Source: Azolla caroliniana
Taxonomy: Eukaryota; Plantae; Polypodiophyta
Direction of reading: 5' to 3'
DNA: 64,000 nucleotides
NCBI GenBank assembly: GCA_043228905.1
Contig: JBHGNT010000002.1
Location: 14,756,001-14,820,000 of the forward strand
Shown here piece after piece: positions 22,885 through 35,611 of the stretch. Every line of letters starts with the position of its first letter. Position 1 is the stretch's first letter. The notes beneath the pieces were generated by a model. The model searched no databases. It was not told the DNA's origin and saw only the letters and a list, made by a program, of their open reading frames with translations. The translations under genes were made by a program, and so were the position numbers.

Positions 22885-25800
22885 AGCTCCATCCGAACCT
22901 TCTCCACCTCGTCCAACCGTCTTGTATTTTCCGCTTGTTCGTCGGCGAGCGCCGTCGCGGCCTGATCAACTTCCTGCCGGAGCTCGGCTATCCGTTCCTT
23001 ATGCTCTGTTTCCAGCCGTTTGTAGTCCCGGTGTAGGTGCTCAAAGTCATCTGTCTTTTGCTTGAGCCGTACGTTGATCGGTCGACGGGCCCGATCCTCA
23101 CGGTCCTTCTACTGGCGGAGCTCCTCCTTTAGTCGTTCAATTTCCGTTTCCGCCGTCTTCCGCAACTTGTCCTTTTCCTGCAGCACTTTGTCTTTTTCCT
23201 CCCTTAGCCGGTTGTAAGCTTGATGGCCTTTCCGGTGGCTCTCCTCTGCCCAGCGGAGGTTCTCAGCAATCTTCTTTAATTCTGCTTCGGCCGCTGTCTT
23301 CAATTCCCGTTCACGGCTCCTTAGTGCTTCTTGTGCGACAAGTTCATCTCTCAATTCTGCAAGCTCCTGGCCTTGCGCCGCATCTCTCTCTGGAACGGTT
23401 TCCGTTGCCGGGGTCTTATTAGTATGTAAAGGTTGGTCTGTTTCTTTATTCTGTACACTTACTGGAGTCACCGGTGCTTGGATCTGTGTTGCCGTTAAGG
23501 CCATTTTGGCCATTTCTGCCGTTACCTGATCCAAGTCTTTTTCAAGGCACTGGATTCTGGACCGGGCCGTCTCTAGTTGTTTGGTTGTGACGAGCAACCG
23601 TTCGCTTTGCGCTCTTTCTTCCGCCTCAATATACCCCACTGCTCCGGCAATCTGTTCGCCTATCCACCGGAGCCACAGGCTACCGGTGCATTGTTGTTGC
23701 GCTTGCACGGAGGTTTGACGGATGGGCTCGCTTGTGGGTGGGTGGTCCCGCTTGATTGCGCCGAGTTGCAATTCCGTTTCTGCCCGTGGACCACCCTGCT
23801 GTCCTGGTTCCCCTTGCGCTTCTTCTTGGTTGGCCGAGGGAGGCTGCATTGACCTTTCCGGCTCTGGCGGAACAAGACTTGCCGGTGGTGCCGGTGGTGC
23901 AGGGGCTTCTGATTCCGGTGTCGTGCGCACCGGTTCCGGTTCCTCCCTTGGCGTGGGAGTCAGTGTTCCCTCCGTCTGAGGGTCCGAACGTTTCCCGACT
24001 GCCTCAACGGTCCTTTGCTCAAATGGGTTCTTGGGCATCGGTCCTGTATATGGCTTCAATCTGAATCCGTTGACCCATTTGCCTAGCACTTCGCCGGCAA
24101 GTGTCCCTAACTGGTAGGACCCATTATACTCACGTGTCAGCCAATACGGGCCGGTCCATCTAAACCGTAGTTTACCTGGCATCTTGCCCATCCGGGTTTG
24201 AAATACTAACACCGGCTTGCCGATTTCGAACATTTTTTCATTTCCTTTCCTGTGCCGGTCGACAAATGCTTTCCGTCGCTGTTGTTCCAATTCTAAGTGC
24301 AGAATGCTTGCCAGTCGTTGTTTCTCGAGTTCACACAGCGTTGTTAACCGTATTGCCTCCGACTCCTTCTCGTTCAGCCGTTCCCGTAGCTGGATCCGTA
24401 AGCTTGGTACTTGGAATTCCACCGGCATGACCGCCTCTAGTCCGAACGCTAATCGGAACGGTGTTGTTCGGATGCTCGTTTTGTATGTTGTCCGGTATGC
24501 CCAAAGCGCACTATGTAGCTTGGTATCCCAATCCGTTCGGTTTTCATTGACGATCTTCCGGAGGATATTCTGGAGTGTTTTGTTCGTCGACTCACGTGAC
24601 TTGTTTACTTGCGGGTAGTACGGTGTGCTCCGTTTATGGACAACGGCATAGAATGTCGTCAGGCTTTCAACTACTTGGCCGAGAAAGTGCCCCCCTTGGT
24701 CGCTTATTAATTTGATTGGGCATTTGTAACGGCACCAGATGTATTCGTATAGAAATTTTGCCGTTGACGCAACAGTGTTGTCTCTTAAAGCTTTAGCCTC
24801 CACCCATTTCGTGCAGTAATCCGTCGCGACGATGATGTACCGATTACATGTTCTCATTGCCGGTGGTTTGAACGGTCCAACAAAGTCCAACCCCCACTTC
24901 TGGAATGGTTCGAGTGGTAGTACAAGCTGGTGTGGCATCCGAGCTTGCTCCGTTGGCTGGCCCATTCGCTGGCATAGGTCACATTCTGTTGCGTACCGTA
25001 CAACATCTCTTAATGTAGTTGGCCACCATAGGCCACTTTGCCATATTTTCCTGGCCGTCGCATCTCCGGCATAGTGACCTCCGGCAACTCCGCAGTGGCC
25101 TTCCCTCAGTATGAGTTCCTTTTCATCGTTGCGCACAGCTCGTCTCCATATGCCGTCTGCGCCCTTGTGGTAAAGTGTGTCCCGGAGTAAGCAGAAATGT
25201 CGGCTTTGCACCGCCAGGCGTTTCCTTTCGTCTCGGTTCATCTCCACCGGAGGCAGTCCCGTGCTTAGAAACTAGTGCATATTTGTGAGCCACTTGTCTT
25301 CTTGTGCCACCGTTTCATCTGCTGCCGTTTCCGCAGTGACTCGAAACAACTCCGCATCCTGAAACTCGTCCGCTACTCCGTCGCCCGTCTCTCCGGACTC
25401 TAATCGGCTTAAATAATCCGCTACGGCATGCTGTATACCGGGTCGGTGGAAAATTTCGAACTCGAATTCCTGTAACAATAAGGTCCACCGGGCCAACTTA
25501 CCAGTGAGTGACGCCTTGGACACCAGGTAGAGGAGTGCGGAATGATCTACATGGAAGGAAAACTTCCTTCCTAGTAAATAATGTCGAAACTTTGTCACAC
25601 TGTAGATCATCCCTAGAGCTTCCCGTTCCGTGGTAGAGTAGTTCCGTTCCGCTTGGGATAGCTTTCGGCTGGCATAGTACACTAGTCGGTACCACTTTGG
25701 CTTCGTAAGCTACATTAGTGCGCTTCCGATTGCGATGTCGGAGGCGTCCACGAACACATGAAATTCTTTACTACAATCCGGAGGCTGCACTACCGGTGCC

Positions 25801-28800
25801 TGCGACAATAGTACCTTGAGGGCCCTATACGCCCTATCCTCGGTGTCGGTCCACTGGAATGGTGTTCGATGTACCGCAGCATGCAACGGTGTAGCCAGGT
25901 CGGCCAAGTATCGGAGCATCCGGTTGTGCCACCGGATCTGGCCTAAGAACCGGCTCAATGCCTTTGCCGTTGTCGGTGCCGGTGCTTCTAATATGGCTTT
26001 CACTTTGTCCGGGTCAACTGCAATGCCTTCCTTGCTCACAATATGTCCTAGTAGGGTTCCACTGGACACACCAAATACACACTTCGCCGGATTCAATCTT
26101 AGCCGGTGCGCTCTACACTTTTCTAGGCAAAGACGGAGGTGTTGCAAATGATCCTCTTCCCGGCTATAGACAGCCAAATCGTCAAGGAAAACCTGCATAA
26201 AAGCCGGGATATATTCACCAAATATTTCCATGATGATTCGTTGGAATGTTGCCGGTGCCGTTTTGAGTCCGAACATCATCACCACGGCCACGAACACCCC
26301 CCATTCGGTGACGAAAGCCATTTTCTCTTGGTCGCCGGGGTGCATCCGGATCTGATTATACCCGCTAAATCCGTCTAGAAAGCTATAAACCTCATGGCCG
26401 GCGACGGCATCCAACACTCCATCTGTGAATGGAAGTGGAAACTCATCCGTTACCGTAGCTGCATTGAGTTTCCGGTAGTCCACACAAACTCGAATTTTTC
26501 CGTTCTTCTTTGGTATGACTACGATCGGGCTCAGCCATGTCGCTTTCTTTACCAGATGGATAAAGCCAACTCTTAGCAGTTTGTCGATTTCCTCCTTGAC
26601 TTTGGCGGCATAATTGGGATTCATCCGGTATCGTCTTTGTGCCACTGGTTTTGCGTCCTTGCTCAAGTGAATCTGATGCTGGTATAACTGAGGGTCGAGC
26701 CCTCGCATATCTTCGTATGACCAGGCAAACACGTCACGAAATTCCGTGAGAAGTGTGATCATCGCCATTTTGTCTTCGGACTTCATCTCCTTGGTGATGT
26801 GCACCGGTTTTGCTTCGTCCGTGGTCCCTAGGTTCACCTCTTCAAGTTGCGACGCTTTTACACGCTGAGAAACGGCCATTTCCTGTTCGAACGCTTCTTG
26901 CGCTTGCTGTAACTCTCGGATTGCGTCCTTATCCGGTTCTGCTTCAGTCTCTTCCGGCTGCGGTAAGTATGGTGCTACTGCTTCAGCAATGTCAATTTCG
27001 AAGAGGGGTACGATCTTCAGGTTTTCCTGCAAGTACTGAGCATTTTCTTTGTCAGCTAACCCTTCTAGCATGTTGATGCACTCTGCATACAACGGTGTAC
27101 ATTCCTTGCCAGTGCTCGTCCTTGGTTGTGTTGGTACACGTACCTTGGCTTTTCCTCGCCAGAAGGTAATTATATTTTTACTCCAATTCTGTTTGATATG
27201 TGCCGTTTTCAACCACGGCCGCCCCAGTAATAGCGGGTACGTGCCTTGTGCTTGTAATTGTAGCACTACTGCCGAGATGTGAAATGGATGACCACCAATG
27301 GTGACTTCTAATTTCCGTATTAATCCTGTCGGCCACACTGAGCTTGTATCGGCCATCCGTAACCAGAACGGACACGACTCCCACTCGTGGATTCCAAGGG
27401 CATCACACGTCCGGAGGCTTATTACATTCACACCGGAGCCTCTGTCTATTACTCTACCGGGAAGTTCTTTCCCTTTTACAATGGTAGTAATTACCGGACT
27501 GTTGGTGTCCACCACCGTTGGTCCCTCCTCCGGATTCGAGAAGAGTACCGGTGCCGGTGATGATAATCCTTCCGTCATGGCTGTCTTCAGTCCTTCCGTG
27601 AATCTCGGCACGAGCTGTAGGAGTCTTCCTAGTGGCAGCGTAATCTGGCATTCTTGCAACGCCTGCCATGCCTCGTTCTCAGAGTGACTGCCGCCGGCAA
27701 GCCCTACGGTGTTCTCATTTTGCCGCTGTAAGTCTGTTACGTTTTGTTTGTTTGCTTTCTTCACCCATTCCGTCACTTGCTTCCGGATGGTCTCCTGCGT
27801 CTCCCATTCCTTGGCCATGCCCTTCGACCTTGTGGTCATCTGTTGCAGATCTGCCACTTCAGGGACTACCATATTTACTGTCGGTCGTTTGTCATAGCTC
27901 TTCGCTGGGCATTTATTACTATAATGGCCCTCCTGTCGGCGGTAGTAGCAGTAGACTTTCCGGGTATTGCTGGATTCGGCATTGTTTGTTGTACCCGGGG
28001 CAGGTCGTGGTAAGCGCGGGGTTTTGGGCCGGTTGGCTGCTTGAAGCTCCTTGTTCCGGATCCCGTGGGTGGCCGCCTTTTTTGAAATGCCGTTTTTTGT
28101 TATAGTTCTTCTTATTGCGGTACTCTTGACGAGGTTGGTCGTTCTATCTGCCGTATTCCTCCCGTTGCTGACGATACCCGGGGAGTGCTCCCGGTCGTAA
28201 TGTTCATATCGTCTATTGTAATCCCGGTACCGATCATATTTATCGTACCGGTCGTAGTTATCCCGTCGATTATTGTACCGGACATCATTCTCCCGTTGAT
28301 CGCCATACCGGACATCCTGTGCCGGTCGGTATCGGTCCATTCACCGCCAGCATTCCTCTTCTTCATCCCGGCTGCTGCGTGGCTCTATTTGTTGGACGGG
28401 CGGTGCTTGCCGGTTCAATAGATTATACTCGCACCTATCCGTCGTATGGCCCTTGGATTGACAGATTACACATTGCGTCCTCATAGTGCATTCTAGTGCC
28501 GAGTGTCCGGAATTCAAGCAGGTTGTGCACTGTATTGCTTGCCGAAACCGGAGGTCTTCATCGGACGGTAACGCCCGTTGGAGTGTTCCCAGTGTGAGCC
28601 AGGAGCTTGTCTTTTCCATCTCTCTCAGCCGGTCAATGACCTGGTAGATGGTGCTTGCGCGGAAGTCAATTACCGTGCAAACCGTGCGTAGGGGTTCCCG
28701 GAGCGTATTTAGGAATATAATCCGTAATTCCTCCTCCGGGGGTGCGCGAGCAAGCTGACTATGCATCCGTTGAAACCGAATGACAAACTGGGGAATGCTC

Positions 28801-29672
28801 TCCCCTACCTCCTGTCGGATGGTATAAAACAAGCCCACCATTACTGTCTGGTCCACCTCCTTTTGGAAAAAATGCAAGAATTTAGCTTTTAAATCTGCGA
28901 AGGTGGTGATGGTAGACGGGTCCTGCTTTCGGCGCCATTATACTGCCGGTCCCTCCAATATGACGCCAAATTCCGCTATCTTAGAGCGTTCCTCTTCCTC
29001 CGGGGTCAATCGCTGGGACACGTGGTTTGCTTCCCATGTCTGTTCAAAGGCGTGAACATGAGCTTCCGCGTCCAGATCATCTCTATACTTGGAGTACTGG
29101 AACGACATGTTGTCGTCCAGTATGGGTGCGCGGGCTGGTGGTGTTGGTGGTCGTTCCTCGTTTTTCTCCAGCGTCGGTGGTCGTTCCTGATTTGTCTCCG
29201 ACGTTGGTGGTCTTTCCTCTTCGACTTCCGGTGTCGGAGGTCGCTCTTCCTCTGTTTCTGGTTCCGGAGGTTCCAACCTTGGCACTTCCGGTTCCGGTGT
29301 CAGTAAGGTGTCTGATCCTTCGTCCTCCGGTCCGCCCGGGGTGTCGTTGCTGCTACGGTAATTCGTGTGCACGTTGTATCCTCCTTCGGAATCCGATTCA
29401 TACGCTGAAAAGGCTTCTGCTTCGCCTTCTCCGCTTGCCAACGCCTGGAGAAGGGATTCGGTTTCCCGGAGGCTGCTTAGGCTGCTGCCATCGTCCGGGT
29501 GCGATGTTTGCTGTAACCGGAGGGACTCCTCCGCTACTCTCCGGATTACGTTGGAAAACTAGCGATCCGCTCTAATTTCCTGCGCTGCTTGCTGGAAAGC
29601 CTCACGTCTCCTTTGCCTTTCGGCAAGGCGTCGAGTTCGATCTATAACCAGGTCGTGCGTTGATCTAGTCAT
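22885..29672 (-). pseudogene. Single-frame gag-pol of G, with in-frame stops and a long C-terminal extension
   Basis: ORFs 29559-29759, 28938-29441, 28341-28877, 25710-28340, 25272-25682 and 23109-25247 are all in one frame; motifs CTTCLNSGH/CVICQSKGH, VIDRGSGVN, FLDGFSGYNQI, FLDD, DASD, KWGLDFVGP, SDQGGHF, WTGPY. Confidence 0.88.
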
Positions 29673-29792
29673 CCATTCATGCCGTCGTTCGCTGCAAAAA
29701 CAGGAATCGTGGTCGCCAAAAACTGTGTTAACTCTTAGGGCCTGACAATGACCTAACACAGGGTGTCTATGGAAGACACTTCACCAAAGGGG

Positions 29793-30159
29793 TGTTACGG
29801 CAAGAGGATTAGGCTCAACGTTTAATCCGACTTAATTAGGTTACTTAGCAAAATCATCCTTAATAATCACACGCGTAAGATATAACAATGAATGCAGAAC
29901 ATCAATTAACAGAGAGAGATAAAACACTAAGCTTTATTAATTATCCGCTGCACATTACATTGTACCCGGGCCTTTAAATAGGTTTCCGGTTTGTAGTACA
30001 AAACGGTGCCATCCGCACCTGTTCGGGGTCGGTCCGGATCCGGAACGGCATACCGATTCCGGTCCGTCCGTTCACACTAATAGCTTACTTACAACCATTC
30101 CTTAATAATTAACTAACTCCTTCGTTTCACACTCTGGACTCCTTTGCCGGTCGGTAACA
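29793..30159 (-). repeat. 5' LTR of gypsy G
   Basis: 367 bp with a 6-bp terminal inverted repeat and TATTTAAA on the minus strand; family-2 sequence resumes at 30160. Confidence 0.8.
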
Positions 30160-33100
30160 TCACGGTGTTGGCGCTTCTCCTGCTGCCTTCTTCTCCACTT
30201 GGTCCTTGGTTGATTCAGTGCATCCGAATCAAACATCCGAACCTACTCGGCTACCTCTGATCGGTTTTCGCTCTCGTCCGAGTTGGCTGTCTCCAACTCG
30301 TCTTCGGTCTTCTCGCCCTTGACGGCGTCATCTCCCCCATGCTTGATTGGCTTTGGCTCTTTCTTCCAGCTGCTCCCCTTATGTCCTCTTTAGGACTCTT
30401 CCGCGGATCCGCCCTCGGCTTCTCCAGCCGATCCGAAGTCGAATTCGTCATCCGACTCGGCGTCGCGGTCTTTTCCGATCCTTTCCTGCTCCCTTCCGTG
30501 GTCATCTAGGAGGTCTCTCCCCCTCAAGTTCGGCACATCGAGGTGATGCAACCCAAGCGCACCTGAGAATTGCCGCAATTTGTCTAGACCAAGAGGCCTG
30601 GTGAAGATGTCGGCGGTCTGCCGATCCGTCGGAACATACTAAAGTTCGACTTCACCAGAAAGGACATGCTCATGGAAAAAATGGTAATGCACCTCAATGT
30701 GCTTGGTCCGTGCATGGAAAACGGGGTTCTTTGCGAGCTGGATGCTGCTGAGGTTGTCGTAGTAGATTGTCGTTGGATCGAACACCTCCTCTTGTAGATC
30801 CTTAAGTAGTCGCTTCAACCATATGGCTTCGCATGTCGTGACAGCCGCTCCTCTATACTCGGCTTCGGTGCTCGACAGTGCAACTGTTGGCTGCTTCCTA
30901 CTGTTCCACGGTATCGCGGCACTCCCAAGCGACAACGCGTATCCAGACGTGGATCGGCGATCGGTGGCGTTGCCAGCCCAATCAGCATCGGTGTAGCCGA
31001 CCAACTGCGGGGCTAGACCGGTCCGAAATAGCAGTCCCCGGTCCGTAGTGCCAGTTATGTACCGCAGTACGCGTTGCGCACACTTAAGGTGCTCCTCGGT
31101 AGGTTGCGCCATGAACTGACTGATCACCCCGACCGGGTAAATGAGATCGGGTCGGGTGATTGTCGGGTGAATGAACCTTGTCGGATCGCAAACCTTGCTG
31201 GAATTGGGGCCAAGCTTGATGGTTCTATCCAGAGGAGTTGAGATGGACTTACAGTCGACCATCCCGAATTTGAAGAGCATATTCAACGCGTAATGCCATT
31301 GGCTAATCAGTATGCCTTCGGGGGTGTGGATCACTTTGATCCCGAGGAAGTAATGGAGGTCCCCTAGATCCTTATGTTGAATGATGCCGCTAGCTGGAGC
31401 TTCACGCGGTCGATTTCACCTAGGTCAGTGCCGGTGATGACCAAGTCATCAACATATAGTAAAATATTGACCAGCCCGAGTCGACCTTTCCAGATAAACA
31501 GGGAAGAGTCTGATTTGGACATTGCAAAGCCCAACTGACGCAGTTGCTGCGTGATCTTCGCGTTCTAGGCACGTGGGACTTGCTTCAGTCCGTAAAGGGA
31601 CTTATTCAATCAGCACACCGTCGAAGTGTTCGTTCCAGAGTGAAATCCGGGGAGTTGTACCATGTACACATGTTCCTCAAGCTCACCTTGCAGGAACGCA
31701 TTCTTTACATCCATCTGATGTAAGTGCCACCCCTTTGCCGCAGCTACCGCAAGCAAAACACAGACGGTCGTCATCTTCGCGACCGGCACAAACGTCTCAT
31801 CGTAATCGATGCCGTGTTTCTGCGCGTAATCTTTTGCCACTAACCGGGCCTTGTATCGGTTGACCAAGCCGTTGGTGTTTTACTTGACCTTGTACACCCA
31901 TCAACATCCGATTGGCTTCACACCGTTCGGTGCGTCAACCAGGTCCTAGGTCGCATTTTCCGCCAATGCATACATCTCTTCCTCCATCATAGCACGCCAA
32001 TTCGCGTCCTTAGCCTCCTCTGCGTAGCTCTCCCACTCACGCACTTCCTCTACATGGGTCATGTGCACATAATGATGCGCTATGTACTCGTTGTATCCAA
32101 ACCGCACAACTGGGTTCTTTTGGCGGGTAGATCGGCGTAATCGGTCATTAGCCGATATCGAGGTCTTCTGGGCCGACGCGGACTTCGCTCTTGAAGACCC
32201 GTCACCGCTTCCCTCAGAGTCGGACTCGCATCAGCCTGATTAGTTCCTATCCGTGCCGGAATCCGAGACCTTTCTCTTCCCTTTCTCTTTGTGCGTAAGC
32301 CGTCTCCTCGGCTTCTTGTACGGGGAATGCACAGCCGAGTCTGCACTACTCGCCAGCTCTTCATCGGACTGGTTGTACCGACTCAGTCATTCATTCGGTC
32401 CACTTAACCGAAACGAAATCGGACTCTCTTTGTGGGTCCCGATTTTAGGCTCATCCAGAGGCATCTCGGCCTTGCTGACCTCATCGGCAGAACTTGGATT
32501 GGAGGTGAGGTCCAGAGTCGGAGGCAAGTACGAGGACGCAGACTCATCAAACACAACGTCGCAGCTCACGCGCGCTTGTTTAGTGCGCGGGTTATAACAC
32601 TTATAACCCTTCTGCTCGTCCGAGCAACCGGCCAAGATACATTTCTTGGTCTTTATGTCTAGCTTCCTCCGTTTCTCCTTCGGCACATGCACATACACAA
32701 TGCTACCGAAAACTCGTAATTGTCGGAAGTTTGGCTTCATTCCGAAATATAGCTCGTGCGCCGACACTTTTTCTCCGATCCAGTTCTAAATGTATACCAC
32801 GGTTCGTACCACCTCGGCCCAATAGAACTTGGGCAAGCTCTTTTCTTCTAGCATTGCCCGCGCCGCTTCCACAATCGAACGATTCTTCCTCTCGGCCACG
32901 CCGTTTTGCTCCGGTGTGTATCTACAATTGAATTCACGCCGAATTCCCATCTGTTGTAGATAACCGTTGAATTGACCGGAAAAGTATTCTTTTCCGCCAT
33001 CCGACCCCAGGCACTTGATCTTTCTTCCGGTTTCCGTTTCCACGAACCCTTTGAGGTCTCGAAAACAGTCGAAAACTTCACTCTTCCTCTCAATGAGGTA

Positions 33101-34728
33101 GATCCACGTGTGCCGCATGTAGTCGTCGATGAAGGAGACAAAACATCGGCTCCCGCCAAGAATAACGTTTTGTGCTGGCCCCCACACATTGGAGTGTATC
33201 ATGTCGAGCTTGTTCTAGCTCCGGTTACGCTCGTTGGGGAAGTGAAGTCAGTGTTGCTTCCCAAGATGGCAGGCTTCACAAATTTGTGCCTCCGGCCACT
33301 AAATTTGGGCAATCCGAACAACATTTGTTTCAATTGCAGGTCTTGAAGCTGTTGGTAGTTGATGTGCTTTATCCGCTTGTGCCATAAGTCGATGTCCGAC
33401 TCGACTTTTTGTCCCTTCGTGAACATTGTGGTGCCACCGTCAGTAGAGTCAAGGATGATACGGCCTTTGCGCAATAATACGACCTTCTTCCTCAATGAAG
33501 CACTCGAGGTGTGTAAACCAAACCTGCATCCCCTGGTCGACAATCTGCCTGACCAACACCAAATTCGTCGTGATTGTCGGCACGTGTAACACGTTCATAA
33601 GTTTCCCTTTTTGCCCGACATGGCTCAAGGGAACTTCACTGACATTCGCAATCGGATGCGGAGTGTCGTCTCCGGTTGCGACTACTCCTGGTTGCGTCGG
33701 TTTCTCAAGGTATGAGAATCACTCTTCGTGGCACGTCATGTCCGGAGTCGATATACCACACCTCCTCTGACTTCGGGGTGATCTTCTTCATTGAGTTTGC
33801 TTCGTGTCTCGTCACGAAGACTGACCCTTTTCCGGCTTTTCCGGATCCTTCAGCATAGTGCGATCGCTGCCGGTTTCCTTGGTCGGTATGTCCGGAACCG
33901 GTCCTCTCCGACTCGGCGCGCTTTTTCCAGCACTCGCTCTCCCTGTGGCCTTTCTTGCCACAGTACTAGCATTTTGCGGCGGATTTCCCTTGCCGGTTCT
34001 CATCACCTCGACTCCCCCTGTTTCCGGAGGGTCCGGAGTTGTTGTCGGCATCACTTTGGTGCCTTCTTCCTTGATCCCGTCGGTCGCCTCCATTGCGTAC
34101 CGACTCGCCTCGTCCGCCACGACCACGAGGCCTCTCTCCCTCCGTGTACAACATTCTGCTATCGGTGTGCGTGCTTGTAGACGCACCCGCGTGGTTCTCC
34201 TCTACCAGGAGCATCGACTGTAAGTCGAAAAACGACGGCGTATTCTCCTGGGTACACACAGCAATATGGAACGCTTCGAACTTTGATGCCAAACCCCCAA
34301 GACAGACCTGGACCATCTCGCTTTCCTCGATGTTCATATCGATGGAGGCTAAGGAGTCGCATATGTCCTTGATCTTCGAGGTATAGTCAGCCACCGACAA
34401 ATCGTGTTGTCGTAGGTTGCTCAACTCTTGTTGGAGATGAAGCTTCCTGGCTGTGGTGCTTGCGGCGAAGATCTTCTTCAAATTTTCCCATGCACCCTTC
34501 GGCGTTTTTGCATCCCGAATGTAGCTTAATAGTTGTTCGCCCACAGAAGATGAGAAACAGTACAACACTCTGCTTGCCGATTGTTCCCACACCGGGAAGT
34601 CTTTGTGTGTCGAATCTGGTGCTGTGTCATTTGCTTCATTGACATAGCTCCAATAACCGTGTTCGAGCAGGTACTGGTGCATCTGTCGAGCTTCTCCGTT
34701 AGAAGCGAGCTAGCCATGCCTCTATCCA
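30160..34728 (-). pseudogene. Decayed gag-pol of copia X
   Basis: Fragments of gag (MHQYLLEHGYW), INT (SDGGKEY), RT (QMDVKNAFL) and RH (DADW, TEAEY) with many stops and frameshifts. Confidence 0.88.
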
Positions 34729-34811
34729 TCGGTTTTGTTGTTCTTCTTCGTTGGTTTTCCCTTCAAGCAAAGTCGGCTGCAGAGGTTCTCAACCCTCGCG
34801 CTCTGATACCA

Positions 34812-35227
34812 TGAAAAGAATGTCGTGCGGAAGAAATATAGGAGACAGAACAACAGAAGACATAGGTTTAATGGAAAGCTTGGGTTTGCATAGTACGCAC
34901 GAGAGAGACAGAGAGAGAGAGTAAGCACAAGAACTTAATTCAAAAATAATACTCAATTTGTGCATAGGATGTGCTCAGTGAGCACTTTTATACAAGCCCT
35001 GACAATCGGGCTAACAAAAGTACTGATAGTACTTGACTGCTCATAAATGAGCTCGACACTTACTCCCAAAACTATTCCTTACGAGGAATATCTTTCTAAC
35101 GGCCTTTCGGTCTACGCACCGATACAGCCTCTCGTTACGCACCAGTTTGCATACCGATTTTACGCACCCAGTCTACGCACTGGTTACGCATCGTATTACG
35201 CACAAATGTTGAGCTTGTCTCTCAACA
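34812..35227 (-). repeat. 5' LTR of copia X (PBS 34800-34811)
   Basis: TGTTGAG...CA on the minus strand; TGGTATCAGAGC adjacent. Confidence 0.88.
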
Positions 35228-35232
35228 CGTTT

Positions 35233-35611
35233 AGACCGAAACGGTTCGGACCGGAGAGGCCCAGATAAGAAAGGAACGTCGGCGATCGCGACAAGAGAAG
35301 AAGAACTAATGCTCATTACCGAAGAGAATGAGTTAAACCTTGTCGGCGGCGAGACAACGTGGGTTGTCGATTCCGGAGCGTCGTTCCACCTGACACCGGA
35401 TAGGAAATGCTTCTCATCCTACTCAGCTGGTGATCATGGTTGTGTCTAGATGGGGAAGGAAGGTACATGCCGAATTATCGGCGTAGGAGATGTGCTTTTG
35501 ACGACATCAACCGGATGCAAATTGTTGTTGAAGGATGCTCGATAGGTTCCGGAGGTTCGACTGAACCTGATATCAACCGATCGGCTAGATGATGAAGGCT
35601 ACACGGGTTAT
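35233..35611 (+). pseudogene. Copia D segment 2 (gag end and protease)
   Basis: ...KGTSAIATREEELMLITEE...WVVDSGASFHL...RLDDEGYTG continues from 13640. Confidence 0.85.

Larger units (their letters stand above)
22885..30159 (-). mobile_element. Ty3/gypsy non-chromovirus element G, 3'-truncated; 5' LTR 29793-30159
   Basis: gag-PR-RT-RH-INT order; LTR bounded by TGTTAC...GTAACA. Confidence 0.9.
13641..35227 (-). mobile_element. Copia family 2, copy X (outer limits; own sequence 13641-13726 and 30160-35227), hosting G, Y and C
   Basis: TSD TGTTC (13636-13640) / CGTTT (35228-35232), both one transition from CGTTC; 13641-13726 matches the LTR at 34812-34897; the D reading frame rejoins across it. 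Confidence 0.8.

Noticed and set aside
13641-35227. Genuine three-LTR tandem retrotransposon
   Set aside because: Better explained by X < G < Y nesting plus one deletion; the middle LTR abuts gypsy coding sequence, not a PPT.
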